Shown here: piece after piece, positions 31,602 through 40,905 of the stretch
How positions within the stretch are numbered: position 1 is the stretch's first letter
Layout: every line of letters starts with the position of its first letter
Source of the DNA: Acidobacteriota bacterium
Lineage (GTDB): Bacteria; Acidobacteriota; Vicinamibacteria; Marinacidobacterales; Marinacidobacteraceae
Assembly: GCA_022822745.1 (NCBI GenBank)
Contig: JAJEAO010000077.1
Location: 5,143 to 69,142 of the forward strand
Length of the DNA: 64,000 nt
Direction: 5' to 3'
The notes under the pieces: model-generated
What the model was told of the DNA's origin: nothing
Database searches by the model: none
Seen by the model: only the letters and a program-made list of their open reading frames with translations
Position numbers and translations under genes: made by a program

Positions 31602-32732
31602 ATGGTGGAGATTGCGGCGAATCTGGCGCGGCTGCGCCTGGATCGCCGACTGACCCAGGCCCGCCTGGCTGAGCGGGCTGGACTGTCCCGGGTCGCCGTC
31701 GGCAAGATCGAGCGCGGCGCCGTCGTCCCGCGCGCCGGGACGCTGGTCGCGCTGGCGCGGGCTCTGGACGTGCCGGTTCGGGATCTGATCGCCCGCGTCC
31801 GGCCGCTGAGGAGCGTCCGGTTCCGAGCGCGTTCTCGACTGTACGGGCGGGAGCAGATTCTCGCCGAGGTCTCACGATGGCTGGATAACTATGGTGGGCT
31901 GGAGGACGCGCTCGGGAGGCGCCTCGAGTTCAGCCTCCGGGATCTCGTGACTCCGGGTTCTGTTGTCTCGCCTCCCGATGTCGCCCGCAGGGCCCGGGAG
32001 CGAGCGGCCCTGGATCGGGTCGCGCCGGTCGGGAACATCTGTCGGTTCCTGGAGGAGGCGGGAGTCAAGGTGCTCCTGCTCGACAAGAAGCGGGACTCCT
32101 TCTTCGGGTTGAGCGTCGGGCCGGAGGATCGGGGACCGGCAGTCGTAGTGAACGTCTGGGATCGGATCTCGGTCGAGCGCTGGATCTTCACCGCGGCCCA
32201 CGAGATGGGGCACCTGCTCCTGCATCCGATGGAGTTCGATCCCGAGGAGACCCGGCCCCCGAAGGCGACCGAGAAGGAGGCCGACAGTTTTGCCAGCCAT
32301 TTCCTGATGCCGGAACCCGCCTTCAAGCGGGAGTGGAACGCGACTCGTGGCACCTCGTTGCTCTGGCGCGTCCTCACGGTGAAGCGAATTTTCCGCGTGA
32401 GCTACCGGACGGTTCTGTTCCGTCTATACGAGACAGAGCGCGCCGGCGCCGGAGTCTGGGCCGCCTTCCAGACACAGCATCGGCGGTACCTCGGGCGAAC
32501 CCTGAAGAAGGCGGACGAGCCGAACCCACTCGGGAGGAGTGAGTTCTCCTGGAGTGCCCCTCGGGCGGGCGAACCGGCCGCCTTGTTGGAGCATGATTTC
32601 CGTGGATTCCGCCTCGTGCGGCTCGTCCGCCAAGCTGTCGAGCAGGGCCGGATTTCGCTCGGGCGCGCGGCCGAGATTCTGGGTCTCCCGTTGGAGGAAA
32701 TGCGGGTGCGCGCACGTGAGTGGGCCGAGTAG
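31602..32732 (+). CDS. XRE-family HTH fused to an ImmA/IrrE (M78) metallopeptidase domain
   Basis: ATG at 31602 preceded by GAAGGGGG. RLTQARLAERAGLSRVAVGKIERG (HTH_3), FTAAHEMGHLLLHP (HExxH) and EKEADSFASHFLMP. Confidence 0.85.
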   Translation: MVEIAANLARLRLDRRLTQARLAERAGLSRVAVGKIERGAVVPRAGTLVALARALDVPVRDLIARVRPLRSVRFRARSRLYGREQILAEVSRWLDNYGGLEDALGRRLEFSLRDLVTPGSVVSPPDVARRARERAALDRVAPVGNICRFLEEAGVKVLLLDKKRDSFFGLSVGPEDRGPAVVVNVWDRISVERWIFTAAHEMGHLLLHPMEFDPEETRPPKATEKEADSFASHFLMPEPAFKREWNATRGTSLLWRVLTVKRIFRVSYRTVLFRLYETERAGAGVWAAFQTQHRRYLGRTLKKADEPNPLGRSEFSWSAPRAGEPAALLEHDFRGFRLVRLVRQAVEQGRISLGRAAEILGLPLEEMRVRAREWAE

Positions 32733-32791
32733 ATCCTGCGCCGCAAGCACGACTCTGACGGACTGAATTCGGGGCTTGACGGGGCCGTCCC

Positions 32792-33976
32792 TCAGTCGGT
32801 CTTCGCCCAGATCGTGAGGCGGAGCTCCTCGCCGAAGAGCTCGTACGTGGGGCGGCGACCCGAGTGCGCTTCGCTCGCTTCGAGAATTCGGCGTACGCCT
32901 TCGCCGCGGGATTCGAGGAAGACGCGTGCCGTCCGGTGGCTGTGGATGCGCGAGAGGAAGTTCACGAGAAGCTGATTGCGGGTGAAGACACGGTAGGGCA
33001 TGTCGTCGAGCGTCATCGTGTTGGGTAGCTTGCCCGGGCTGTAGAGTTCGAGCCGGTCGCGGAAGAGGAACAGGCGAATCTTGGAGCCGTAGATCGAATA
33101 GTCGCGGTGCGCTACGGCGTTCACCACGGCTTCGGCCACGACATCGGGATCGAACGCCTTTTCGCCGGCACGGGACCGGATAAAGGCGACGGCGGCATCG
33201 ATCTGTTCGGGCACCGGGCCGCGAACTCGCTGTTCGTGGAGCAGGTCGTCCGAGGAGAGTCGCGTTCCCTCGTAGGAAGCCGCCTCGATCCATGCGCTTC
33301 GCAGGTGTTCCGTCGGCCGCTGTCCGAAGGTCAGGAGACCCGCCACCGTGGGGCGGTCCACGTGCTCCTCGTCACGAAGGATGACCCGAGCGTTGCGAAG
33401 CAGATCGAGCCAGGGGATGGTCGGTGAACGTCCGAAGAACGACTCCAGTCGGTTCCAGTCGAGGTCGTTGACGCTGGCTGCGAACACGGGCTGCTCGTCG
33501 AAGACGTAGCCTCGGCCGCGATCCTGGAAGAGTCGCGCCAGTTCGGGTGGGTCGAGGTCCCGCTTCGTCGAGCCCACGCGGATCGTGTAGCGGCCTCCGG
33601 CCGTGCGATGGACGAAGTTGCCCCGCGGGATCTCCGCCAGCAGGACGTGCCGCTCCTGTCCGGTCTCATCCGGCAGGAGTTCCCGACGCAGCGTCGGGCG
33701 AATGGGCGGGACGCTGTTGTTCGACGCGATGTTCACGAGCCAGGTCTCGACGAGGCCGACCCGTTCGGCCGGAATGCCCACGACCTCGCCTGAGTCGGCG
33801 ATGCCGAGCAGGAGGACTCCTCCGACGCCGTTGGCGAAGGCCACCATTTCCGCCGCCAGATCGTCACGGTTGGGTGAGATCACGCTTCGCTTGCCGAAGC
33901 GAATCTCCTTGAATTCCGTGCGGCTGTCCTCCCCAGCGCGGCACTGCCGGAGGATCGGTTCGCGAGCGTTCATCAT
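32792..33976 (-). CDS. AlbA_2 (Schlafen-like) DNA-binding domain + HATPase_c_4-like ATP-binding protein
   Basis: GEDSRTEFKE, LAAEMVAFANGVGGVLLLGI.DSGEVVGI, then AVVNAVAHRDYS and LELYSPGKLPN. Confidence 0.75.
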   Translation of the reverse strand: MMNAREPILRQCRAGEDSRTEFKEIRFGKRSVISPNRDDLAAEMVAFANGVGGVLLLGIADSGEVVGIPAERVGLVETWLVNIASNNSVPPIRPTLRRELLPDETGQERHVLLAEIPRGNFVHRTAGGRYTIRVGSTKRDLDPPELARLFQDRGRGYVFDEQPVFAASVNDLDWNRLESFFGRSPTIPWLDLLRNARVILRDEEHVDRPTVAGLLTFGQRPTEHLRSAWIEAASYEGTRLSSDDLLHEQRVRGPVPEQIDAAVAFIRSRAGEKAFDPDVVAEAVVNAVAHRDYSIYGSKIRLFLFRDRLELYSPGKLPNTMTLDDMPYRVFTRNQLLVNFLSRIHSHRTARVFLESRGEGVRRILEASEAHSGRRPTYELFGEELRLTIWAKTD

Positions 33977-34124
33977 GTGGTCAGCAGGTCTCCCGACCGC
34001 GTGTCTTGGCCGGGCTCACGGATGGTAGTCGGTCTCGGGGCGCAGGCAGGGTTCTGGGCCTGATGCCGCCGCTCTCAGGAACAACCGCGCTCGCGTGGCC
34101 ATTTGGCACCGACCGGAGGGGGAC

Positions 34125-37100
34125 TCAGAAGCGGACGGTGAAGCCGAGCTGGGCGCGGCGGGTGTCGCCGAGACCGGAGCGGAGCGAGCCGTCGAAGTTG
34201 AACAGGAGGGAGCCGGTCGCGGTATCGAGGAAGTTGTCGCTGTTCGTCAGGTTGAAGATCTCGAGGACCGGCTCGATGGCTGCGCCCGAGGGGAGGGGAA
34301 TCCGCCGCGACAGGCGCAGATCCCAGGTGAAGAAGGCGTTGTCGCGGCGCAGCGTGTTCCTTTCCAGGATGCTCCCGTCGGGGCAGATCCGGTCGGAAGG
34401 CTGGTTGGCCCGCTGCCCGGGGTTCGCGCACTGCTCCGAGACCGGAGAGGCGGAGAGGATCCGGATCACGTTGTTCCACTGGAGGCCGAGCGGAAGTTCG
34501 AGGAGCAGGTAGGCGCTGAGCTGATGGCGCCGGTCGCGGTCGGACCAGCCGAACTCGGGCGCCAGGTTCGAAGCATCGGCGTAGCGGAGCGTGAACGGAT
34601 CCCGCTCGTTGTCGTCGTCGGAGCGATCGAAGCCGAGGGTGTAGTGCGCTTCGAAGCTGAGCGGTCGGTTGCGAAGAGTGCTCCAGCCGCGGACGCCGAG
34701 CGTGAGCGCGTGGTAGCGGGAGCGGGCGCTGCTCTCGGCCACCGTGAGGGTGTTGATCCCGCCGCCGTCGGGATGTGTCCCCAGGCCGAAGGGAGAGCCG
34801 AACGCGGGGTCGTTGCGGTTCACGAAGCGGAAGAGCTGATCGGTTCGGGCGTGGACATAGCTTGCGCTCGCGGCGACGCCGTGACCGAGGTCGCGGTCGA
34901 GTCCGACGTGGAACGACCAGGTGCGCGGGAGCTCCAGATCGCGGTCGGCGACCTGGATGTCGGGAAGGAACGGGGGCGCGTCGCCGGCGATCCGTCTGTC
35001 GAGCGGGGGCACCGGGCCGAGGTGGGTGTCGGCGCTGCTGCGGAAGAGCGTCTGCTGGAAGGCCCCGTTCGTGGAGCGGTGCTGGGCGAAGACCAGCATG
35101 GGGATGCGGGCCACGTAGGCGCCGGCGGCCGCTCGGACTACGGTGGATCCATCGCCGGCGATGTCCCAGGCGAGGCCGAGCCGGGGCTGGAAGTTGTCGA
35201 GGTCGTCGGGGATCCGTCCGCTGGAAGGGAACGCCGGGTCGTCGAGGTAGGGAGCGAAGAAGGCGTCCTCCGGCTCGACGAAGACGTCCGGATGCCAGCT
35301 CCCGTCCCATCGGAGGCCGAGATCGAGGCTCAGTCGGTCCTTCGGATGCCAGGTGTCTTGCACGAACAGCCCGACTTCGGTGGTCTCGAAACTCTGCCGA
35401 CCCAGCTCCTGCGGAGGAACTCCGGGGACGGTGGCGGACTGCAGGTAGAGCAGCACCGGTCCCGTGATCCGCGTCCCCTCCGGGCAGGCGCCGGCGGTCC
35501 CGGCGGAGCCGTCCGAGCAGGTGACATAGCCGCTGCCGTGGGTCGCGAAGCCGATGAAACCGTCCACCGAGTCGAAGATGTAGCGACCGGCCGCGAGACC
35601 GATGAACTGCTGCTCGGCCCGGGTCCGGTTGTATTCCAGCCCGAGCTTGAACAGGTGGTTCCCGAGCGGCGCCGAGAGGTTCTCCACGATCTGCAGCCGA
35701 TCGTCGAAGGAGGGGTCGATCGGGAGGAAGAACGGGAGGCCGATCCGGAATCCGTCGTCGAAGTCCATCGTGATGTCCGGGAACGGCAGGCCGCCCAGCG
35801 CCGCGAGGGAGGGCGGCCCCGGGGGAAGCGCGGCGCCCGGCATCACCGGCCCCTCGTAGAGCCGCGGGCGGTCCTCCCGAGCCCACTGGACTCGCAGCTC
35901 GTTCGAGAATCCGTTCGACAGGAGCGACCGCAGGCTGCCGTTCACGGCGTGCGAGCGGACCTGCTCGATGCCGTTCGCCGACGCGCCCCAGGCGTCCACA
36001 TCGAAGGAGCCGTTCGCCTGCTCGGCGCGGCTGAGATTGACCTTGAGCGAAGCCTGGTGCCGTTCGCTCGGCTGGAAGTCGAGCTTGACGAGGAGCGCCC
36101 GGGCGTCATCGGTGCGGTGGATCGGGCCGAACTCGTCTTCGAAGAGGCCGGGCCAGCGCTCCTGGAGGAAGCGGTCGAGCGTCTCGAGTCGGGCCGGGTT
36201 GTGGACCTGCCGGTCCTGCTGCTTCCTCTCCCCGGCCGCCTGCTGGTCCCAGGCGGCGAAGAAGAACAGCCGGTCTCGCGCCAGCGGACCTCCGAGGGTG
36301 GCGCCCGTCTGGATGCGGTGGAACTCCGGTTTCCCGCCGCCGCGCTCGCTCGGGTAGCGAGCCGCGACGCCGTCCCACTGGCCGAAGAGATGGGCGGATC
36401 CACCGAGGTCGTTCGTTCCGGACTTCGTGACGACGTGGATGAAGCCGCCGGAAGACCGGCCGAACTCCGCGGAAGCTCCCTGGTTCACGATGACCAGCTC
36501 GGCGATGGCATCGCGGTTGAACGTGAACGCCGGGCGCTGTCCTCCGCGCTGCTCCCCGAAGAACGGGTTGTTGAAATCGGCCCCGTCCACGATGAAGTTG
36601 TTGAAGATGCCCCGTTGGCCGTTGATGTTCAGCTCGTCGCCGTCGGGGCCCTGGGAGATCGCGGCGCCGGGGGTGAGAAGCGCCAGGTCGAGGAAGTTCC
36701 GGCCGTTGCTCGGCACCGCGTCCACGACCTCCTCCCGGATCCGCTGGGAGCGGGTGGCGTCGGTGCGGTCCACCACGGAGGGCAGCTCGCCGAAGACGGT
36801 CACGGCCTCGCTCGTCACGAGGGGGAGGTCGAAGCGCAGGTCCAGCACCTCGCCGATCCGGAGGATGGCGCCCTCGACGCGTCCGGTTCCGAACGAGCCC
36901 TCGCCGATCGCGAGGATGTCGTAGATCCCCGGGGGGAGCAGCGACCGGACGAACACGCCGGACGGGGAGCACTCCACGGTCGTCACCAGGTCCGTGTCGC
37001 GGTTCGTGATCACGACCACCGCGCCCGGCGCCGGGTTGCCCAGCGGGTCGAGCACTTCCCCGCGGATCACGCCGGTCGTGGCGCCCGCCTGGGCGAACGT

Positions 37101-37223
37101 GGTCCCGGCCAGGGCGACCACGATGCCGGCGGCCGAGAGCGCTGCCGCGCCCACCATCCGGAACATCGATCTGCGCCTGGGGATCGCGGCCTGACCGGTT
37201 CCGGGGAACCGGAGGCGAGTCAT
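34125..37223 (-). CDS. TonB-dependent-receptor-like outer-membrane beta-barrel with an N-terminal CarboxypepD_reg domain
   Basis: The ATG at 37223 overlaps the upstream stop (ATGA). An alternative ATG is at 37166. Signal peptide ...ALAGTTFAQA, then GVIRGEVLDPLGNPAPGAVVVITN, NGRNFLDLALLTPG, INGQRGIFNNFIVDGADFNNPFFG, and C-terminal ...LGFTVRF. Confidence 0.85.
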   Translation of the reverse strand: MTRLRFPGTGQAAIPRRRSMFRMVGAAALSAAGIVVALAGTTFAQAGATTGVIRGEVLDPLGNPAPGAVVVITNRDTDLVTTVECSPSGVFVRSLLPPGIYDILAIGEGSFGTGRVEGAILRIGEVLDLRFDLPLVTSEAVTVFGELPSVVDRTDATRSQRIREEVVDAVPSNGRNFLDLALLTPGAAISQGPDGDELNINGQRGIFNNFIVDGADFNNPFFGEQRGGQRPAFTFNRDAIAELVIVNQGASAEFGRSSGGFIHVVTKSGTNDLGGSAHLFGQWDGVAARYPSERGGGKPEFHRIQTGATLGGPLARDRLFFFAAWDQQAAGERKQQDRQVHNPARLETLDRFLQERWPGLFEDEFGPIHRTDDARALLVKLDFQPSERHQASLKVNLSRAEQANGSFDVDAWGASANGIEQVRSHAVNGSLRSLLSNGFSNELRVQWAREDRPRLYEGPVMPGAALPPGPPSLAALGGLPFPDITMDFDDGFRIGLPFFLPIDPSFDDRLQIVENLSAPLGNHLFKLGLEYNRTRAEQQFIGLAAGRYIFDSVDGFIGFATHGSGYVTCSDGSAGTAGACPEGTRITGPVLLYLQSATVPGVPPQELGRQSFETTEVGLFVQDTWHPKDRLSLDLGLRWDGSWHPDVFVEPEDAFFAPYLDDPAFPSSGRIPDDLDNFQPRLGLAWDIAGDGSTVVRAAAGAYVARIPMLVFAQHRSTNGAFQQTLFRSSADTHLGPVPPLDRRIAGDAPPFLPDIQVADRDLELPRTWSFHVGLDRDLGHGVAASASYVHARTDQLFRFVNRNDPAFGSPFGLGTHPDGGGINTLTVAESSARSRYHALTLGVRGWSTLRNRPLSFEAHYTLGFDRSDDDNERDPFTLRYADASNLAPEFGWSDRDRRHQLSAYLLLELPLGLQWNNVIRILSASPVSEQCANPGQRANQPSDRICPDGSILERNTLRRDNAFFTWDLRLSRRIPLPSGAAIEPVLEIFNLTNSDNFLDTATGSLLFNFDGSLRSGLGDTRRAQLGFTVRF

Positions 37224-39235
37224 CTGCCGGGAGACGGCTGCAGGCGATTGAGGAGGGTCTGCGCCTCCTGGGCGAAGGGGTCGTCCGCCGGCACGTCCCG
37301 GAGAAGAGTCACCGCTTCCCCAAATCGCTGCTGGGACAGACGCGTGACCGCCATGAAGAAGCGGATGCCGGGCTGGTCGGGGTTCAGGGCGTAGCTGCGT
37401 TCGAAGGCCTGGCCGGCGGCGTCCGGATTGCCGTCGAGGACATGGAACCGCCCGAGGTTCAATTGCTGGGGGGCGTCGTCGGCGTAGAAGTTGCCGCGGA
37501 TCGCGTGGAGCCGCTTCGCCTGTTCGAAGCTGGCCTCCGCCTCTCCGCTCAGTTCCCGGATGCCCAGGTTCAGAAGCGAGATCGCCGTGTTCATCCGGAC
37601 GACCTGGCTTTCGTCCTCGATGCGCTCCGCTATCGTCTCCCGAACGCCCGGGAAATCGGCGTCTCCGGACTCGCCGAGTTTCAGCGACGCCACCGCGCGA
37701 ACCAGCGGATGCGGGTCGTTCGCAGCGTCCACCAGCGCGGTCGTAGCCCTCGGATGGGTTTCCGGGTTCGTCAGATAGCGGCCCAGGTGTCCGGCGGCGT
37801 TCGCGCGGTTCACCGGTCCTTCCGCCGGGTCGGCGGCGATCGCGAGCAACTGGTCGAGCGCCTCCCGGCTCAGTTCCCGAGCGCCCGAGTAGGCGTCGGC
37901 GCGGCGTTCGATCCTCGCCCGTCTCGGGGTGTCCCCGCCCCACCACTCGTCCATGCGGGCGACCGCCCATTCCGGAGTCTCGGCGGTGTGGCATTCGTTG
38001 CACGCGTTCGGGATCCCGTATCGCGCGGTGTTGCGAGGGGAGGGGATCGAGATGCTGTGGTCGCGCATCTTCGCCCGAATGCTCGTCACGCTGCGCGGCA
38101 TGTGGCACTCCACGCAGGAACTCCCGGCGCTGTCCGCAGCGTGGAACGTGTGCTCCGTCAGGTCCGCTCCGATCGCTTCATGGCAGCCGGTGCAGAGGGC
38201 GTTGTTCGTGGGCAGGAGCTGCTCGTTCCTTTCGATATCGGGACGATGCGGATCGATGTGACAACTGGTGCAGGCCACCCCTCCTTCCACGAAGCACTTG
38301 CTCTGCCAGATGCCGAGCGTGTTCGTGGAAAAGCGCCTTGTCTTCCCGTCCGGATACCAGGTCGGATCTTCCGAGGGCTCCTGGGTGTATTCGAGAAGCG
38401 GGAAGAAGTAGTCGAAGTAGCTGTCTCCGGCGGAGAAGCCGAACGCCATCTGGTCGCGGAACGAGTGGCACTGAGCGCAGACCATCGAGTTCGTTTCGTG
38501 GTCGAGGCGGGTCTGCTGGACGATGTGGATGTCCGGATCCTCCCCGTACCGGTCCAGGTTCTGGTACTTGTCCACATGGCGGCTGCCGGGTCCGTGGCAG
38601 CGTTCGCATGTCGTGCCGAAGTCCAGCCAGCTCGTGTCGTAGCGCTCCTCGCCCGGCCGGTAGCCCTTGACCTGATCGCTCACGTGGCAGCCGAAACAGT
38701 TCTTGTTCCAGAGCTGCACCGGGATGATTCCCTCGCGCTGGTCCGGGGCGGCGATCTCCAGGTTGTGGAACCACTCGCGGCGAAGCACGTCCCATGTCGG
38801 CGGCAGAACGATGACCCGGCCGTCCTCGAGCGTGGTCAGATAGTGCTGGATGCGGCGGTTGCCGAGGGTGTAGTCCACCCGGTGTTCGATCGGCTCGCCG
38901 GTGAAGAACGACTCGGTGATGAAGTAGCGCGAGCCGCTTCGGCGCACGGCGTACGGCAGGCCGCGCAGCCGCAGCGATCCGGCGCTGAAGTCGCCGCGCA
39001 CCCCCTGCGCCGTGGCCGGCTGGACCATCTTGGAGTGCCGCGATGCGGTCCAGGCGTCGTGGGCCGCCTCGTGGCAGACGACGCATTCGGCGTTTCCCAC
39101 CATCATCGCCGGCTGCTCGGCGAGCGGGACGGGCGCAGGCTCCGGCTGCATTGCTGGGGGCTGGCCGGCCCCGAGGGCGAAGAGGGCGAGCGCCGCGACC
39201 GCGGCGGTTCCGGCGCAGGCGAGCGGCAGCCTCAT
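37220..39235 (-). CDS. Secreted octaheme c-type cytochrome fused to HEAT-like and TPR repeats
   Basis: The ATG at 39235 overlaps the upstream stop (ATGA). Signal peptide MRLPLACAGTAAVAALALFALGA. Eight CxxCH motifs (CVVCH, CFGCH, CERCH, CAQCH, CTSCH, CTGCH, CVECH, CNECH). The C-terminal third is helical repeats. Confidence 0.85.
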   Translation of the reverse strand: MRLPLACAGTAAVAALALFALGAGQPPAMQPEPAPVPLAEQPAMMVGNAECVVCHEAAHDAWTASRHSKMVQPATAQGVRGDFSAGSLRLRGLPYAVRRSGSRYFITESFFTGEPIEHRVDYTLGNRRIQHYLTTLEDGRVIVLPPTWDVLRREWFHNLEIAAPDQREGIIPVQLWNKNCFGCHVSDQVKGYRPGEERYDTSWLDFGTTCERCHGPGSRHVDKYQNLDRYGEDPDIHIVQQTRLDHETNSMVCAQCHSFRDQMAFGFSAGDSYFDYFFPLLEYTQEPSEDPTWYPDGKTRRFSTNTLGIWQSKCFVEGGVACTSCHIDPHRPDIERNEQLLPTNNALCTGCHEAIGADLTEHTFHAADSAGSSCVECHMPRSVTSIRAKMRDHSISIPSPRNTARYGIPNACNECHTAETPEWAVARMDEWWGGDTPRRARIERRADAYSGARELSREALDQLLAIAADPAEGPVNRANAAGHLGRYLTNPETHPRATTALVDAANDPHPLVRAVASLKLGESGDADFPGVRETIAERIEDESQVVRMNTAISLLNLGIRELSGEAEASFEQAKRLHAIRGNFYADDAPQQLNLGRFHVLDGNPDAAGQAFERSYALNPDQPGIRFFMAVTRLSQQRFGEAVTLLRDVPADDPFAQEAQTLLNRLQPSPGR

Positions 39236-40905
39236 CGGGGCGCCTCCTCGATTCGATGGACCTGGCGGGCGGTCGGAGCCTCGATCCGGCTCGTCGCCCC
39301 GGAGGGCCAGGCGATCACGGCTTCGGCGGGCCGCCCCGCCGGGCCGAGGCCGAAGACGACCTCGAGCTGGTTCTGACTGGCGTACCCGGTCGCGCTCTTG
39401 ACGAACCGGGTCTCGGCGCGGGAGCCGCCGGCGGTCTCGATCATCAGGGTGATCTTCGCACCGATCGCGTCCGGGTTCGAATCGGAACCCCGGAGCCGGA
39501 ACCCGATCCAGTCGTTCGCGCTGCCTCCCTCGTTCCGGAACAGGCGCCCGGGTCCGCCGTTCTCGCTCACCGCGAGGTCGAGGTCGCCGTCGCCGTCGAT
39601 GTCCGCGAAGGCGGCGCCGCGAGCGACCATCGGACGGGCGAGGTCGGGCGATTCGGGGGTGGCGTCCGCGAACCTCCCGTTTCCCAGGTTCCGGAACAGG
39701 TGCGGACTCTGCCGGTAGGTGACCCGCTGCTGGACCGCGGCGATGTCGTTTTCCACATGCCCGTTGGCGATGAAGATGTCCTGGCGTCCATCGAGGTCGT
39801 AGTCGAAGAAGAACGCGCCGAAGGCGAGTGTGAGCAGGCTCTCGCGGCCGATCCCGGCGACCGGCGCCTGGTCGATGAAGAACCCGACGCCCTCGTTCCG
39901 GTAGAGGGAGACCATCTCGTTCGAGAAGTTGCCGATCACCAGGTCGGGGAATCCGTCCCCGTCGTAGTCGGAGGCGTCGATGCCCATCGCGCCGCGGGCG
40001 GCGCCGTTTTCGGCGAATGCGATCCCGGCGAGGACGCCCACATCCTCGAACACCCCGCCGCCGAGATTCCGGTAGAGCGCGTTCGGCTGGGTGTCGTTGG
40101 CCACGGCGAGGTCGAGGCGCCCGTCCGCATCGTGGTCGAAGACGGCGACGCCCAGGCCCTTGGCCGTCGGGTCGAGGAGCCCGGCTTCGGCGGTGACGTC
40201 GCTGAAGCCCCCGTGGCCATCGTTCCGATAGAGGGCGGCGCTCGCGCCGCGATAGGACTCGGGGGTGCAGTAGCTCTTGTTCGAGCCGTCGAGGGCGCAG
40301 AAGATGTCGGTCTCGACCGACCACTCGACGTAGTTCAGGACGAACAGGTCGAGATCCGAGTCGCCGTCGGCGTCGAACCAGGTGGCGCCGCTCGAGAAAC
40401 CGGGATGCGCGACGGCTTCCGCCGCCGGCGCTTCCGAAAAGACGCCGCCGCGGTTTTCGAGGAGGCGGTTCGGGCCGAGCGCGGCGAGGTAGAGGTCGGG
40501 GTCGCCGTCGGCGTCGTAGTCCCCCGCGGCGGCCCCGATGCCGTAGAGGGGAAAATCGAGTCCGGCGGCGGCGGTCCGGTCCTCGAAGGTGCCGTCGCCA
40601 CGGTTGATGTAGAGGGCGGCGGTGGGTTCGGACCCGTCAGCACGGCGCTCCGGCCAGCGTCGGCTGTTCACGAAGAGGAGATCCTCGTCGCCATCCCCAT
40701 CGGCGTCGAAGAAGACGACTCCGCTGCCCATCGTCTCCGGCAGGTACTTCTTTCCGAAGGCGCCGTTCTCGTGGACGAAGGCGATCCCGGCTTCCTCGGT
40801 GATCTCGACGAACCGGACTTCCGCGGCTTCGGCTGCCCCGGCCAGGAGGAAGACGAGAGCGGCGGCCGCGAATCGAGGGAGCCGGGGGGACGCCATTCGC
40901 TTCAT
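39232..40905 (-). CDS. CRTAC1-family protein (FG-GAP/VCBS repeats + ASPIC/UnbV domain)
   Basis: Signal peptide, repeated FFDADGDGDEDL, DYDADGDPDL, FDADGDSDLDL, DHDADGRLDL, DYDGDGFPDL, DYDLDGRQDI and DIDGDGDLDL, then NDWIGFRLRGSDSNPDAIGAKI. Confidence 0.85.
   Translation of the reverse strand: MKRMASPRLPRFAAAALVFLLAGAAEAAEVRFVEITEEAGIAFVHENGAFGKKYLPETMGSGVVFFDADGDGDEDLLFVNSRRWPERRADGSEPTAALYINRGDGTFEDRTAAAGLDFPLYGIGAAAGDYDADGDPDLYLAALGPNRLLENRGGVFSEAPAAEAVAHPGFSSGATWFDADGDSDLDLFVLNYVEWSVETDIFCALDGSNKSYCTPESYRGASAALYRNDGHGGFSDVTAEAGLLDPTAKGLGVAVFDHDADGRLDLAVANDTQPNALYRNLGGGVFEDVGVLAGIAFAENGAARGAMGIDASDYDGDGFPDLVIGNFSNEMVSLYRNEGVGFFIDQAPVAGIGRESLLTLAFGAFFFDYDLDGRQDIFIANGHVENDIAAVQQRVTYRQSPHLFRNLGNGRFADATPESPDLARPMVARGAAFADIDGDGDLDLAVSENGGPGRLFRNEGGSANDWIGFRLRGSDSNPDAIGAKITLMIETAGGSRAETRFVKSATGYASQNQLEVVFGLGPAGRPAEAVIAWPSGATSRIEAPTARQVHRIEEAPR

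Noticed and set aside
39470-39490. GGGTTCGAATCGG, a tRNA T-loop-like string
   Set aside because: The flanks do not form a T-stem or a cloverleaf, and it lies inside the CRTAC1 coding frame.
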